Source: Marinobacter sp. (GTDB lineage Bacteria > Pseudomonadota > Gammaproteobacteria > Pseudomonadales > Oleiphilaceae). Taken from it: a stretch of 64,000 bases of DNA. A model generated the notes under the pieces. That model was not told where the DNA came from. It did no database searches and saw only the letters and a list, made by a program, of their open reading frames with translations. The stretch is from NCBI GenBank assembly GCA_031580735.1, contig JAVLAV010000004.1, forward strand, positions 583 through 64,582. Reading direction: 5' to 3'. This document shows, piece after piece, positions 31,420 through 42,200 of the stretch (positions within the stretch are counted from its first letter, which is position 1; each line of letters starts with the position of its first letter). Made by a program: the position numbers and the translations under genes.

Positions 31420-33828
31420 TCAGTGGATGGACGGATCTTTATGCTCATCCCGGGCATGTTCCTGCCGCTCGTGTTCACGCATTGTTTCAAGGCGTTGCTG
31501 AATGATGCCAAAAACGCTCTGCCGGGGATACTTGCCCTTGGCGTCTGCCTTGCCTGCCGGTTTACCCAACAACAGTGTAATCGCCTCTTCCACTCTGGCA
31601 ACCGGGTAAACGGCAAACCTGTCGCCACGGCATGCTTTGACCACTTCGCCATCAAGCATCAGGTTCTGCACGTTGGTCTCCGGGATAACAACACCCTGAG
31701 TACCACTCAGACCACCTTTAAGTTCGCAGGTTGCATAGAAACCCTCAACTTTTTCGTTCACGCCACCAATGGGCTGAACCTGCCCGAACTGGTTGACCGA
31801 CCCGGTTATCGCCAGATCCTGTCGCACAGGCAGACCGGACAAAGAGGAAATCAGTGCCACTAACTCAGCCAGCGAAGCACTGTCGCCGTCCACTTCGCCA
31901 TAATTCTGCTCAAAGGTGAGACTGGCGGACAAATGCATCGGGTCGTTCACGGCAAAATGGGATGCCAGCCAGGAGGTCAGAATCATCACGCCTTTGGAAT
32001 GAAGATTACCGCCCAGCTTCACGTCGCGCTCAATATCAATAACGCCACCATCACCATAATAGCAGGTCGCCGTAACCCGGTTAGACAAGCCGAACTCGAA
32101 GCCACCGGTCGACAACACAGACAATGCATTCACCTGCCCCACACAGGTACCTGTGGTTGTCACCAGCGTGGAGCCATCGCGGATGGAATCGTAGAACTGG
32201 TCACGGATACGGCTGCTGCGGTACTTGGCGCTTTCAAGGGCCCGCTCCACGTGCACGTCAGTAATCAGTCTGGCTCCGGCCTGTCGCGCCCAATAGTCGG
32301 ACTCCCGCAACAGGTTGGCGATATCGGCCGCATGCAGGGAAAGCCGATCCTGGTGCTCAGACATACGCGCGCTGTGCTCGATAATCCGGGCAACCGCCTT
32401 GTTATTGCAGTGCAACAGGCCCTTTTCCACCACCAGACTGGCGATAAACTTGGCGTACAGCAGCTGACTGTCATCGCTGCGGTACATTTCGTTCTCGAAA
32501 TCTGCGGTTACCCGGAACAGCTCGGCAAACTCAGGGTCGTACTCCTGCAGCAGCATCCAGGTTTCCCGGTCACCGAACAGAACGATTTTTACATCCAGAG
32601 GGACCGCTTCAGGCTCGATGGAAATGGTGCCAGACAGGGTCAGTTCACGCTCCAGAGAGTTGATCTGTATAGACCGTGATCGCAACGCCCGCTTGAGGCC
32701 ATCCCAGACAAACGGCTGCTCCAGTACCTTGATGGCGTCCATCAACAGATACCCGCCATTGGCCTTGTGCAGGCTGCCGGGGCGGATCAGGGAGAAATCG
32801 GTAAACACCGTGCCCTTGTAGGTCACGTTTTCAACGTACCCGAACAGATTGTGATAGGTGGGGTTGTCTTCCACCACCACCGGCACCTCGTTGGTTTTCT
32901 GGTGCACAACCACGTTGACCAGATAGCGCCGGGGCATTTTCTTGTCGAGAGAGGCGTAGGCAATGGCCGCCTGCTCGTCATCGTCGTCGAGGAAAATATC
33001 CAGGTTTTCAGCCAGGTCGCCTCGAATGGCCTCCAGATGCGCCACGACATCCGGCAGGTCTTTGTACTTTTCCGCCAGCTCGTCGATCTGATGGCCGGAA
33101 ATGGCCTCAAGCGTTTCCTGGTTCAGGGCCTGCTGTTTTTCTGCGTACTCCTGCTCCCAGTCCGCCAGCTTGCGCACCACCTGACGAAGCTTTTTCTCAA
33201 GCTTGTTGATAACCTCTTCAAACTTCTCCCGCTCCTGATCAGTCAACTCCTGAAAGCTTTCTGCGGTGTGCGGTTCTTCGCCGTTCATGGCCACCAGTCG
33301 GTAGCCACCCGGGGTCGTCACTGTCAGGCGAACTTTCTTACGCTTGGCCTGTTCGGCCACTTTTTCCAGTTCGTCTTCCTGCTTCTTGGCATACTCTTCT
33401 TTGAGGTTCTCGGCACGCTCCAGAAAGTTATCGCCCTCAAAGGTCTGGGGAATCATTTTCACCAGTCGGGACATCAATTTTTCCATGTCCTGCTTGAGCT
33501 CGGTACCCATACCTGACGGAAGCTTCAATAACCTGGGATTGCGGGGCTCTTCAAAGTTGGCAACATAACACCAGTCATGACTCTGCTGGTCTGCGTCGAC
33601 ATGATGCTCAAGATAACGGAGCATCATGGTGCGTTTGCCCAATCCGTTACGGCCCACCGCGTAAACGTTATACCCGCCATGGGGCATCGCCAGGGCAAAA
33701 CGTACCGCTTCCTGAGCCCGGTTCTGGCCAACAATTTCAGCCAGGGGCTCGAGCTGTCGGGTGGTTTTAAAGGGCAGATCTTTGAGAACGCAGGCTTTGT
33801 ACAACTGGTGCAGTGACAGTGACTTCAA
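31420..33828 (-). CDS. Lon-family (S16) ATP-dependent protease, LonB/LonC-like
   Basis: GRNGLGK P-loop, PGSLHKANGG, DGDSAS...NEKVEG Ser-Lys dyad; TTG start. Confidence 0.9.
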   Translation of the reverse strand: MKSLSLHQLYKACVLKDLPFKTTRQLEPLAEIVGQNRAQEAVRFALAMPHGGYNVYAVGRNGLGKRTMMLRYLEHHVDADQQSHDWCYVANFEEPRNPRLLKLPSGMGTELKQDMEKLMSRLVKMIPQTFEGDNFLERAENLKEEYAKKQEDELEKVAEQAKRKKVRLTVTTPGGYRLVAMNGEEPHTAESFQELTDQEREKFEEVINKLEKKLRQVVRKLADWEQEYAEKQQALNQETLEAISGHQIDELAEKYKDLPDVVAHLEAIRGDLAENLDIFLDDDDEQAAIAYASLDKKMPRRYLVNVVVHQKTNEVPVVVEDNPTYHNLFGYVENVTYKGTVFTDFSLIRPGSLHKANGGYLLMDAIKVLEQPFVWDGLKRALRSRSIQINSLERELTLSGTISIEPEAVPLDVKIVLFGDRETWMLLQEYDPEFAELFRVTADFENEMYRSDDSQLLYAKFIASLVVEKGLLHCNNKAVARIIEHSARMSEHQDRLSLHAADIANLLRESDYWARQAGARLITDVHVERALESAKYRSSRIRDQFYDSIRDGSTLVTTTGTCVGQVNALSVLSTGGFEFGLSNRVTATCYYGDGGVIDIERDVKLGGNLHSKGVMILTSWLASHFAVNDPMHLSASLTFEQNYGEVDGDSASLAELVALISSLSGLPVRQDLAITGSVNQFGQVQPIGGVNEKVEGFYATCELKGGLSGTQGVVIPETNVQNLMLDGEVVKACRGDRFAVYPVARVEEAITLLLGKPAGKADAKGKYPRQSVFGIIQQRLETMREHERQEHARDEHKDPSIH

Positions 33829-33962
33829 GTTCGATTCCCGTCGAGGTCGGTTATAAATAACAATGGTTTGGCCATTGTAGTGTCTGAATGGCGGGCTGTC
33901 GCGGTTTTATCGGATTGCCTTCAATCAAACCCCATCAACCTAAAATCACCCTTAAATCTCCC

Positions 33963-34439
33963 TCAAATAACCCCGGCATCAAGGCTTGCGGCCATGTACA
34001 GCCCGAGTTCTTGGCATTGCTGCTCGAAGGCACTTTGATACTCGCCGCGGCAGATGAGCGGCTCCTGAACGAGCTTCCAGCGCAGGCCGGTCGTGATGCT
34101 TTCAATAGCGCGGTGGGTTCCGGTGCCATCATGGCCGGCACGGATATAAAAGGCGAAAGGCAGGCCCTGGGTCTGTTCCAGGCAGGGATAATAACAACGG
34201 TCGAAGAAGTCTTTGGTGAGGCCGGCCATGTAGCCGAGGTTTTCTGTGGTGCCTAGGATGAGGGCATCACAATGGAGCACGTCTTCGGGAGTGGCTTCCA
34301 GCGGCGATTTCACCACCACTTCTACGCAATCGATATCGGGGTGGCTGGCGCCTTCGAGAATAGCATCCCGGAGTTTTCTGGTGTTGGGAGATGGGGCATG
34401 GGAAACAATCAGAAGCTTTTTCGTAACCATAGTACTCAT
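33963..34439 (-). CDS. Flavodoxin family protein (start refined)
   Basis: HAPSPNT, LILGTTENLGYMAG, AGHDGTG. The ORF track's extra N-terminus runs through the repeat element. Confidence 0.85.
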   Translation of the reverse strand: MSTMVTKKLLIVSHAPSPNTRKLRDAILEGASHPDIDCVEVVVKSPLEATPEDVLHCDALILGTTENLGYMAGLTKDFFDRCYYPCLEQTQGLPFAFYIRAGHDGTGTHRAIESITTGLRWKLVQEPLICRGEYQSAFEQQCQELGLYMAASLDAGVI

Positions 34440-34481
34440 GCCCCTTACTACATCTGGGCCAAACCCTGGTGCAAGGCCAGC

Positions 34482-34579
34482 GCCGGGGCCAGGTTTCCGG
34501 GAACCGCTACAAGCACATCCATGTGCGCTTATCTCAGGCCATCCATGGCCTTCGAAATTCCCGGAAACCTGGCCCCGGC
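34482..34579. repeat. REP/MITE-like palindromic element
   Basis: Perfect 22-bp inverted arms (34482-34503 and 34558-34579) enclosing two small hairpins, GCACATccATGTGC and AGGCCatccatGGCCT. Confidence 0.8.
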
Positions 34580-34633
34580 ACTGACCACCTGACAGCAAAC
34601 CAGGATGGCCGTCAGCGATTGCCCAAACGGCTA

Positions 34634-35683
34634 TTAAATCAGCTCGCCGTTAGCTTCGGCCGACGCTTCTTCCTTTTCTTTTTCCTTTGAGACCGGCTTC
34701 GGCATTAATTTTTCACGGATATTGGTTTCAATTTCCGTGGCAATTTCCGGATGTTCTTCCAGGAACTTGGCAGCGTTTGCTTTGCCCTGGCCAATCTTGT
34801 CGCCCTTGTAGGCGTACCAGGCGCCGGCTTTGTCCACAAAGCCTTCTTTCACGCCCATATCCAGAACCTCGGCCATGTGGTAAATGCCCTTGCCGTACAT
34901 GATCTGGAATTCGGCCTGCTTGAACGGCGGTGAAACTTTGTTCTTCACCACTTTCACGCGGGTTTCGTTGCCGGTCACTTCGTCGCCGTCTTTCACGGCG
35001 CCAATGCGGCGGATGTCCAGACGAACCGAGGAGTAGAATTTCAGCGCGTTACCACCGGTGGTGGTTTCCGGGCTACCGAACATCACACCGATTTTCATGC
35101 GGATCTGGTTGATGAAGATCAGCAGGCAGTTGGCGTGCTTGATGTTACCGGTCAGTTTACGCAGGGCCTGAGACATCAGTCGGGCCTGCAGGCCTACGTG
35201 GCTGTCGCCCATTTCACCTTCAATTTCCGCTTTCGGCGTGAGCGCGGCTACGGAGTCCACAATGATGACGTCTACCGCGTTGGAGCGAACCAGCATATCG
35301 CAGATTTCCAGCGCCTGTTCACCGGTATCCGGCTGGGACACCAGCAGCTCGTCTACGTCCACCCCGAGCTTTTCGGCGTAAACCGGGTCAAGAGCATGTT
35401 CCGCATCCACAAAAGCACAGGTTTTACCCGCTTTCTGGGCCTCGGCGATCACCTGCAGGGTCAACGTGGTTTTACCGGAGCTTTCCGGACCGTAAATCTC
35501 ACAGATACGCCCGTATGGCAGGCCGCCAATACCCAGCGCAACGTCCAGACCAAGCGAGCCGGTAGATACTGCCGGAATCGCTTCACGGGGCTGGTCGCCC
35601 ATTTTCATGACGGCGCCTTTGCCAAACTGGCGCTCAATCTGGCTCAGTGCGGCGCTGAGTGCTTTCTTGCGGTTGTCTTCCAT
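34634..35683 (-). CDS. recA: Recombinase RecA (start refined to MEDNRKK)
   Basis: [34 protein letters not shown]. Confidence 0.99.
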   Translation of the reverse strand: MEDNRKKALSAALSQIERQFGKGAVMKMGDQPREAIPAVSTGSLGLDVALGIGGLPYGRICEIYGPESSGKTTLTLQVIAEAQKAGKTCAFVDAEHALDPVYAEKLGVDVDELLVSQPDTGEQALEICDMLVRSNAVDVIIVDSVAALTPKAEIEGEMGDSHVGLQARLMSQALRKLTGNIKHANCLLIFINQIRMKIGVMFGSPETTTGGNALKFYSSVRLDIRRIGAVKDGDEVTGNETRVKVVKNKVSPPFKQAEFQIMYGKGIYHMAEVLDMGVKEGFVDKAGAWYAYKGDKIGQGKANAAKFLEEHPEIATEIETNIREKLMPKPVSKEKEKEEASAEANGELI

Positions 35684-35770
35684 CGTCCAAACCCTCATTG
35701 ACTGGCTGCTGGTACATCCGGTTGCCAACAGCGTAACTCGACGAAGCGCCGGAGGTACCCAGCACTTTTC

Positions 35771-35786
35771 CTGTATATTTGAACAG
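35771..35786. promoter_or_regulatory. LexA (SOS) box upstream of recA
   Basis: CTGT-atatttga-ACAG (CTGT-N8-ACAG). Confidence 0.92.
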
Positions 35787-35837
35787 TATTAAAACATAAG
35801 CTCTAACAGAGACCAACCCCTGCCGGAATGAAAAAAC

Positions 35838-36338
35838 TCACAGGTTCTCAAGAAACCCGGTAACTCCTTGCAGAGCATACAAAACTGCCTGCCGGCGAAC
35901 CTCGTCCCGATCGCCATCGAAGTGTTGAAGACTGGTTTCAATTCGGCCCGCGCCAGAGCCCCATGCGAACCAGACGGTGCCTACCGGCTTTTCATCACTG
36001 CCACCACCCGGCCCGGCAACACCGCTGATAGCCACGGCCACATCTACACCGGTGACGCGTACCGCACCGCTGACCATTTGCCGGACAACGAGCTCGCTGA
36101 CAGCACCATGCTCGTCCAGCACGCCCGGGTTAACGCCCAGAAGCATCTGTTTCGCTTCATTACTGTAGGTAACCAGGCCCGCCATCACATACGCCGAACA
36201 TCCGGCCCTGTCAGTGAGTACCTTGGCGACCCAGCCGCCGGTGCAGCTTTCTGCGGTGGCGATGGTGCGCCCCTGGAATTGCAACAGGTCGCCGAGGGTT
36301 CTTCCTGCCTGCTGGAGCTGTTCGTCTGTGACCTGCAT
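35838..36338 (-). CDS. pncC: CinA-family NMN amidohydrolase
   Basis: ATAESCTGG, VTYSNEAK, SGVAGPGGG, KPVGTVW; upstream of recA. Confidence 0.93.
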   Translation of the reverse strand: MQVTDEQLQQAGRTLGDLLQFQGRTIATAESCTGGWVAKVLTDRAGCSAYVMAGLVTYSNEAKQMLLGVNPGVLDEHGAVSELVVRQMVSGAVRVTGVDVAVAISGVAGPGGGSDEKPVGTVWFAWGSGAGRIETSLQHFDGDRDEVRRQAVLYALQGVTGFLENL

Positions 36339-36486
36339 GATTCCTCCTGTTTCAACCCATACCGGGATAGATCAAATACGCAATCTTTAGCGGGCCGAGG
36401 CTTGAACCTCAGCCCCCGGGAGTCGGCTACGCAGCCTTCAACGATTCGCGTACAATCCTGCCTTTCAAATTTTACGGGCACAGCAA

Positions 36487-38430
36487 TTGACCAAACCAGC
36501 GCATCACTCCCAAAACGGTTCCGTCCTGGTCTGGCTGATATTTCTGGCTTTGATCGTCAGCCCACAAGCGAACAGTTCCCCTCTTTTGCTGGGCGAAGAT
36601 ATTCCCTACAGCGTCATCAAAGACGCAGACGGTCGCTTAACCCTGAATCAGGCCGTCCAACAGCTTGAAGACCTGCCAGCCACAGAGAACACCACTTTCT
36701 CAAAAGGCTACGTGCGTGACACTTACTGGCTGAAGTTCCAATTATCCGCAAGGTTGTTTGACGGCCAGGAACGATGGCTTGAACTGGGCCCCAACTTTGT
36801 CGATGACATCCGCCTGTTCTATCGTCCGAAAAATTCCGACCAGTCCTGGCGCACCAAGCAAACCGGTGATCTTCTGCTGGGCCAGTCAGATATCGACTAT
36901 CGTAACCCGGTTTTCATTCTTCCCCCACCCGGTAACGGGCAGGGTTACGAGGCCATCATCCGGGTCCAAAGCAGCAGTACGACCATACTAAAAGCCAGCC
37001 TATGGCAACCAAATGAATTCATGAGCCATGCGAGCCGGGAAACATCCTTCTGGAGTTTCTATTTTGGCCTGGCCGCCATTTCCAGCTTACTCGCTTTCAT
37101 ACTCGCAATCGTACTGGGTGGCCGGCTGCTCTGGTCGGTAACCGCCTTTTCCGTCACCTACCTTTTTGTAGCCAGCATTCAGGGCTACCTGAACTGGTTG
37201 CTGCCGGATATAGGAATACCGCTTCAGCATTATCTGACAAGCGTGCTGACCTTAACCTCGTATATCATTTTGCTCTGGTTGTGCGTTGAAACCGTCAACA
37301 TGAAACAGCACCTGCCCTGGGCTCATAAAATCATGATGGCCTGCTGCCTGCTGACATTGCCATTGCTGGCCCTCATTCCACTGGGTCGGTATGACCTGGC
37401 CGTCAAAACACAAGCCCTTTTCTACTTGCCAACCTCCATTACCTTCATTATTTCCGTGTTGTATGTATGGCATCGGGACAACTATCGCATGTCAAGCCTG
37501 CTATTGGGCTTGAGCCCGCTGATCTGCATCGCAGCCAGCATGCTTGGTCTGTTTTCAGCATTCGGGTGGATACCGTTCAAATCTGAAATCTACGTGATCT
37601 GGCAATACGCCCTGGTCGTGAACATGCTGCTGGTCATGGCGATTGCGGTGTATCGCATCCGAGAGAAGAAACTGGAGGAGTTTGAAAAGCACCAGCTGGC
37701 CAGCGAACTCAAGGCGGAGCGGGATGCCAGTTTTCATCAGCGCCAGTTCATGGGCATGGTCTCGCACGAATTCCGGACACCACTGGCGGTGATTTCAGGC
37801 AGCCTTGAGAACCTTCGGTATCTGGAGCCAGACAACAGTGATCGAACGCCGCGCTACAACAAGATTCACCGGGCCACTGAACGGCTGGTGCAACTGACCG
37901 ATAACTGCCTGGCCGATGCCCGGCTGGCCGCCAACACGCTCTACCTGGACCCGCAGCCAGCCAACCTCTTCGAGCTGATTGATTCGGCAGCCGCCCTGGT
38001 GCAGCTGTCGGACGAGCATCAACTGATAATGACCATAGAAGGGAAACCGGCCAATGAGATCACCTCACCCGAGTGCACGGTTGTGGTCGATACCGCACTG
38101 ATCCGGATTGCGCTATCGAATGTAATCGACAATGCGGTCAAATACTCAGAGGGCGGCGTTATCCGTATAAACTGCAGCAAGCAGGATGGCCGCACCGCCG
38201 TGAGCATTTGTGATAACGGACCGGGAATCAGCGAGCAGGACGCTGAGCGGATTTTTGATCGCTATCGGCGCGGCACCCACAACAAAAAAGGAGCGGGGCT
38301 TGGCCTGTATGTCGCTCGACAGATCGCCCGAGCCCACGAAGGTGACCTCCAGCTTCACAGCAGCACTCAGGAAAGCAGCTGTTTTGTCTTCCTTTTTAAT
38401 AACAACAAACAGGAGTCTTCCAGCCCATGA
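36487..38430 (+). CDS. Sensor histidine kinase with 7TMR-DISMED2 periplasmic and 7TM domains
   Basis: GYVRDTYWLKF...LELGPNFVDDIRLFY, seven hydrophobic segments, SHEFRTPL, NAVKY, GAGLGL; TTG start. Confidence 0.88.
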   Translation: MTKPAHHSQNGSVLVWLIFLALIVSPQANSSPLLLGEDIPYSVIKDADGRLTLNQAVQQLEDLPATENTTFSKGYVRDTYWLKFQLSARLFDGQERWLELGPNFVDDIRLFYRPKNSDQSWRTKQTGDLLLGQSDIDYRNPVFILPPPGNGQGYEAIIRVQSSSTTILKASLWQPNEFMSHASRETSFWSFYFGLAAISSLLAFILAIVLGGRLLWSVTAFSVTYLFVASIQGYLNWLLPDIGIPLQHYLTSVLTLTSYIILLWLCVETVNMKQHLPWAHKIMMACCLLTLPLLALIPLGRYDLAVKTQALFYLPTSITFIISVLYVWHRDNYRMSSLLLGLSPLICIAASMLGLFSAFGWIPFKSEIYVIWQYALVVNMLLVMAIAVYRIREKKLEEFEKHQLASELKAERDASFHQRQFMGMVSHEFRTPLAVISGSLENLRYLEPDNSDRTPRYNKIHRATERLVQLTDNCLADARLAANTLYLDPQPANLFELIDSAAALVQLSDEHQLIMTIEGKPANEITSPECTVVVDTALIRIALSNVIDNAVKYSEGGVIRINCSKQDGRTAVSICDNGPGISEQDAERIFDRYRRGTHNKKGAGLGLYVARQIARAHEGDLQLHSSTQESSCFVFLFNNNKQESSSP

Positions 38431-39143
38431 CTTCCCGACAACCCACGATTGCCATTATTGAAGACAGCAGCGATCTCCGCGAAGAGCTCATTTTCTTTCT
38501 TCAGCACCGGGGCCACACCGTTTGGGGCGCGGACAGCGCCGAGAGTTTCTGGAAAAAACTCCACCGCTCCCCTGCCGATATTGTGCTGATTGATCTGGGA
38601 TTACCGGGTGAAGATGGTTTTAGCGTGGTCGATTTTCTGGCCGACCTGGGCAATTTCGGAATCATCATTATCTCAGCGCGTGGCCAGCAGACCGACAGGA
38701 TTCGTGGTCTGAATTTGGGAGCTGACCTGTATCTTGTGAAACCCGTTAACTTTTCTGAGTTGGCAGCGACCATCCAGACGCTTTGGCAGCGAATGCAGAG
38801 CGAACGAGAGGGCACCGGCGTAACACACCAGCCAGAACATGACGGAACCCAATGGCGCCTGGTTGCCAGCCGGCAGTCTCTCACCTCGCCGAATGATGAA
38901 ACCATGCAGCTGTCACCGCAGGAGTACACACTGCTCAGCATACTCGGCCGTTCACCCAGTGAGATTTTTGCCAAAGAAGCGTTGCTGGACCTTATGTTTC
39001 AGTACGAGGAAAGCCCGGAGCCCCATCGCATTGATGTCATTCTGAGCCGGCTCCGCAAAAAGGCCAAGAAACACGAGATCAGCCTGCCGATACGGTCGAT
39101 TTTTGGGAAAGGGCTGGTATTTGTGGGTCAGCTCACAGAATAA
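38427..39143 (+). CDS. OmpR-family response regulator
   Basis: IIEDS, LIDLGLPGEDG, GADLYLVKP, wHTH IDVILSRLRKK; ATGA overlap with the kinase. Confidence 0.92.
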   Translation: MTSRQPTIAIIEDSSDLREELIFFLQHRGHTVWGADSAESFWKKLHRSPADIVLIDLGLPGEDGFSVVDFLADLGNFGIIIISARGQQTDRIRGLNLGADLYLVKPVNFSELAATIQTLWQRMQSEREGTGVTHQPEHDGTQWRLVASRQSLTSPNDETMQLSPQEYTLLSILGRSPSEIFAKEALLDLMFQYEESPEPHRIDVILSRLRKKAKKHEISLPIRSIFGKGLVFVGQLTE

Positions 39144-39250
39144 ACTGTAGAAATACACTACGTATCGAGAGATTTGAGAGACTTGAGACTGACATCTATC
39201 CGCTAGATCGAGCAGATTAGCCTCCGAAAAAAACAATTGGAGGCGCTGGG

Positions 39251-42200
39251 ATGAATCGGGTTTATCAAGTTATATGGAATCGCAGCAAAGGGGTGTGGCA
39301 GGCCGCCTCCGAGCTTAGTCACTCGAGCCGGGGCTCATCCAGTGGAGCTGGAAGTGTGGCAGGGTCTCTGAAGACCATTTCCGCAGGCGCCATACTCCTT
39401 ATTGCCATCCCCCTCCATGCTTCCGATTTGCCCAGCGACGGAACCGTTGTCGGGGGCCAGGGTAGTATCAACAGTTCTGGAAAAACCCTGACGGTCAACC
39501 AGAGCAGCCAGAACATGGCCATCAACTGGCAAGACTTTTCCATCGCTGAAGGTCATACCGTCAATTTTCATCAGCCAAACGCCCAGGCCGCCGCACTTAA
39601 CCGGGTAACCGGCAATAATGTTTCCGACATTCGCGGTGCCCTCAACGCCAACGGCCGCGTGTTCCTGGTGAACCCCAACGGCGTGATGTTCAGCTCCACC
39701 GCGCGGGTCGACGTCGGCTCGCTGGTCACCTCCACGCTGGACATCTCTACCGACGACTTCATGGCCGGCAATTACCGTTTCGAGGGTGCCAGCGCCAACG
39801 CCATTATCAACCAGGGCAACATCACCACCGCTGAAGGCGGTGTCGTGGCGATGATTGCGGCTGAAATCATCAACACTGGCAGTATAACCACGCCACAGGG
39901 CAGCACCCTGATGGGAGCCGGCAGCAAAGTCACCCTGGATCTCGGCGGTCCACTCAAAATTGAAGTGGAAGAAGCTCTGCTGGACACCTACATCGAGCAG
40001 GGCGGCGCGATTCGCGCCGACGGCGGCCTGGTCTACCTCACCGCCAAGGCCGCTGGTGAGCTGGCCTCCAGCGTAATCAACCACACCGGTGTCACCGAAG
40101 CCCGCACTCTAGCCACTGGCGAAAACGGCCAGATTATGCTGATGGGCGATATGGGCAGCGGCCGAGTAGAAGTTGCCGGCACTCTGGACGCCAGTGCGCC
40201 GGACGGAGGTGATGGCGGCTTCATTGAAACTTCTGCCGCCAGTGTGAAGATCAACGATAATTTGGTTGTGACCACCAAGGCCGAGTCCGGTCAAACCGGG
40301 GAGTGGTTGATTGACCCGGTGGATATCACCATTGCTGCCAGCGGCGGCAACGTGACCGGAGACACTATTGCCACAGCTCTTCAAACCACGGATGTCACTC
40401 TCGATACCAGCGGCAGTGGTTCTTGCACAAGCAACAGCTGTTCAAGCCTGTCCAGCGGAAACGGCGACATCTCCGTAAACGATAATATTCAGGTGACCAC
40501 TGGCACTACCGATACCACACTTACGTTAAAAGCCAACCGCGATATTATCGTCGATGAGAATGTGAGTATCTCGTCTACCTCCGGTAAACTGAATACCATC
40601 TTCTGGGCCGATCAGGATGCCACCGATGGCGGCATGATCTGGATGAAGAACGGTTCCTCCATCGACACTAACGGCGGCCACCTTTGGCTGGGCGGTGGCA
40701 GTGGCACCAGCAACTGGAATGGGCTCTCAGTCGGGGACGGGCGGGCGACCGGTAACAGTGTTAATAGCAACGGCATTGTTTTAATTGGAACCAATCTCAA
40801 CACCGGCAACGGCAATATGGCCTTCTACGGCCGAGGCCGTCCAGGCACATACTCCAGCGTAGCTACTTCCGTTCCTGGACAAACTAGCTTCTATAACAGT
40901 AACGGCATTCGCCTGGAAAACGGTAATAATCTCAATTCCGGCTCAGGTACTATTCACTTTGATGGTTACACCAATGCGGTCGATTCCGGCTCCTCTGCAA
41001 ACGGTGTTGAATTCAGTGCTTATAAAACTGATCAGATCACCTCATCCAGTAATGAGACTGTTGCCATACAGATAAATGGACGTGCGGAAAACAACGACAG
41101 CTCGGATAACTCTTGGGGGGTATACACCTGGGGCGCCCAGATCGCCAGTACAGGAGCTGGCGGCATTCAAATCAAAGGTAGCGGTGCCAAAAATGCCGGT
41201 GTTGCCATAGCTAATGGCGCCCATGTGCTGGCGGATTCAGGCTTGATAACTCTGGAAGGCCTGGGGTCCGGCAGCGGCTTTTCCGACGTGCGGATTGAAG
41301 GGGCGGTAGGACAAAAAGCCGGCACTGGCATCACCGCCAGCAGCAGCGATATCGATGTCATTGCCGATACACTCAACGTATCTGGCACGCTGGCATCTAG
41401 CGGTACGCTGGCGATTCGCACACGCACAAATGATCGTAAAATCAATGTTGGCGGCAGCGATGCCACCGGGCTGGAGCTGGCGGCAGGCTATTTCTCAACC
41501 AACTTTGAGAACGGTTTCTCCAATATCGTTATTGGTGATACAAATTCCGACACCATCACAGTGGGTGGTGCAGTCACCTATCAAGACAATCTGACTCTGA
41601 AGTCTGGCACCAGCATCGTCGTCAACAACAGCGGCAGCCTGACCGGCTCCGTCGGTGAAAATGCCTCCCTGACCTTGTGGGCGCGCGCCGATGGCAACCT
41701 GACAGCAACCGACGGCAAGGTGGGCAGTGTTTGGCTGCAGGAAAACTCGACTGTCGATACCAACGGCGGTGACATCACTATTGGTGGCGGCACCGATCCG
41801 TTGGCTGGCTATGCGTGGGGGGACGACCGCACCGGTGGGCTCGGTGAAAACAATGCGATCTACCGTGGCGCATCCATCAACGGTACGTTGGATGCCGGTG
41901 GCGGTGATATCAGTATCCGCGGTAGAGGCAAGTCTTCCATCGCGGCCCGAGGCGTCAGCATTGCCGGAGATATCAGCACGGCTGGTACCGGTGACATTAA
42001 CATCTACGGTTACGCGGTTGGCGGCTCGGATGCCGTTGCGATCGGTGATAGTGCTACAGCAATAACCGACAACGACGGCCATGTGAGCGCTGACGCAGGC
42101 ACCATTTACATCTGGGGACAAAAAGACGCCGGAAAATCCATTAATGTTAACAGCGGTTCCAGCATTTCCAGCAATGGCGCAATAGTACTCAATGGGCGCA

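Noticed and set aside
33915-33928. FNR/Anr box upstream of the Lon-like gene (TTGCC-N4-ATCAA); also TTGAT-N7-ATCAA near 920
   Set aside because: One has a degenerate half-site and the other the wrong spacing; too weak without conservation data
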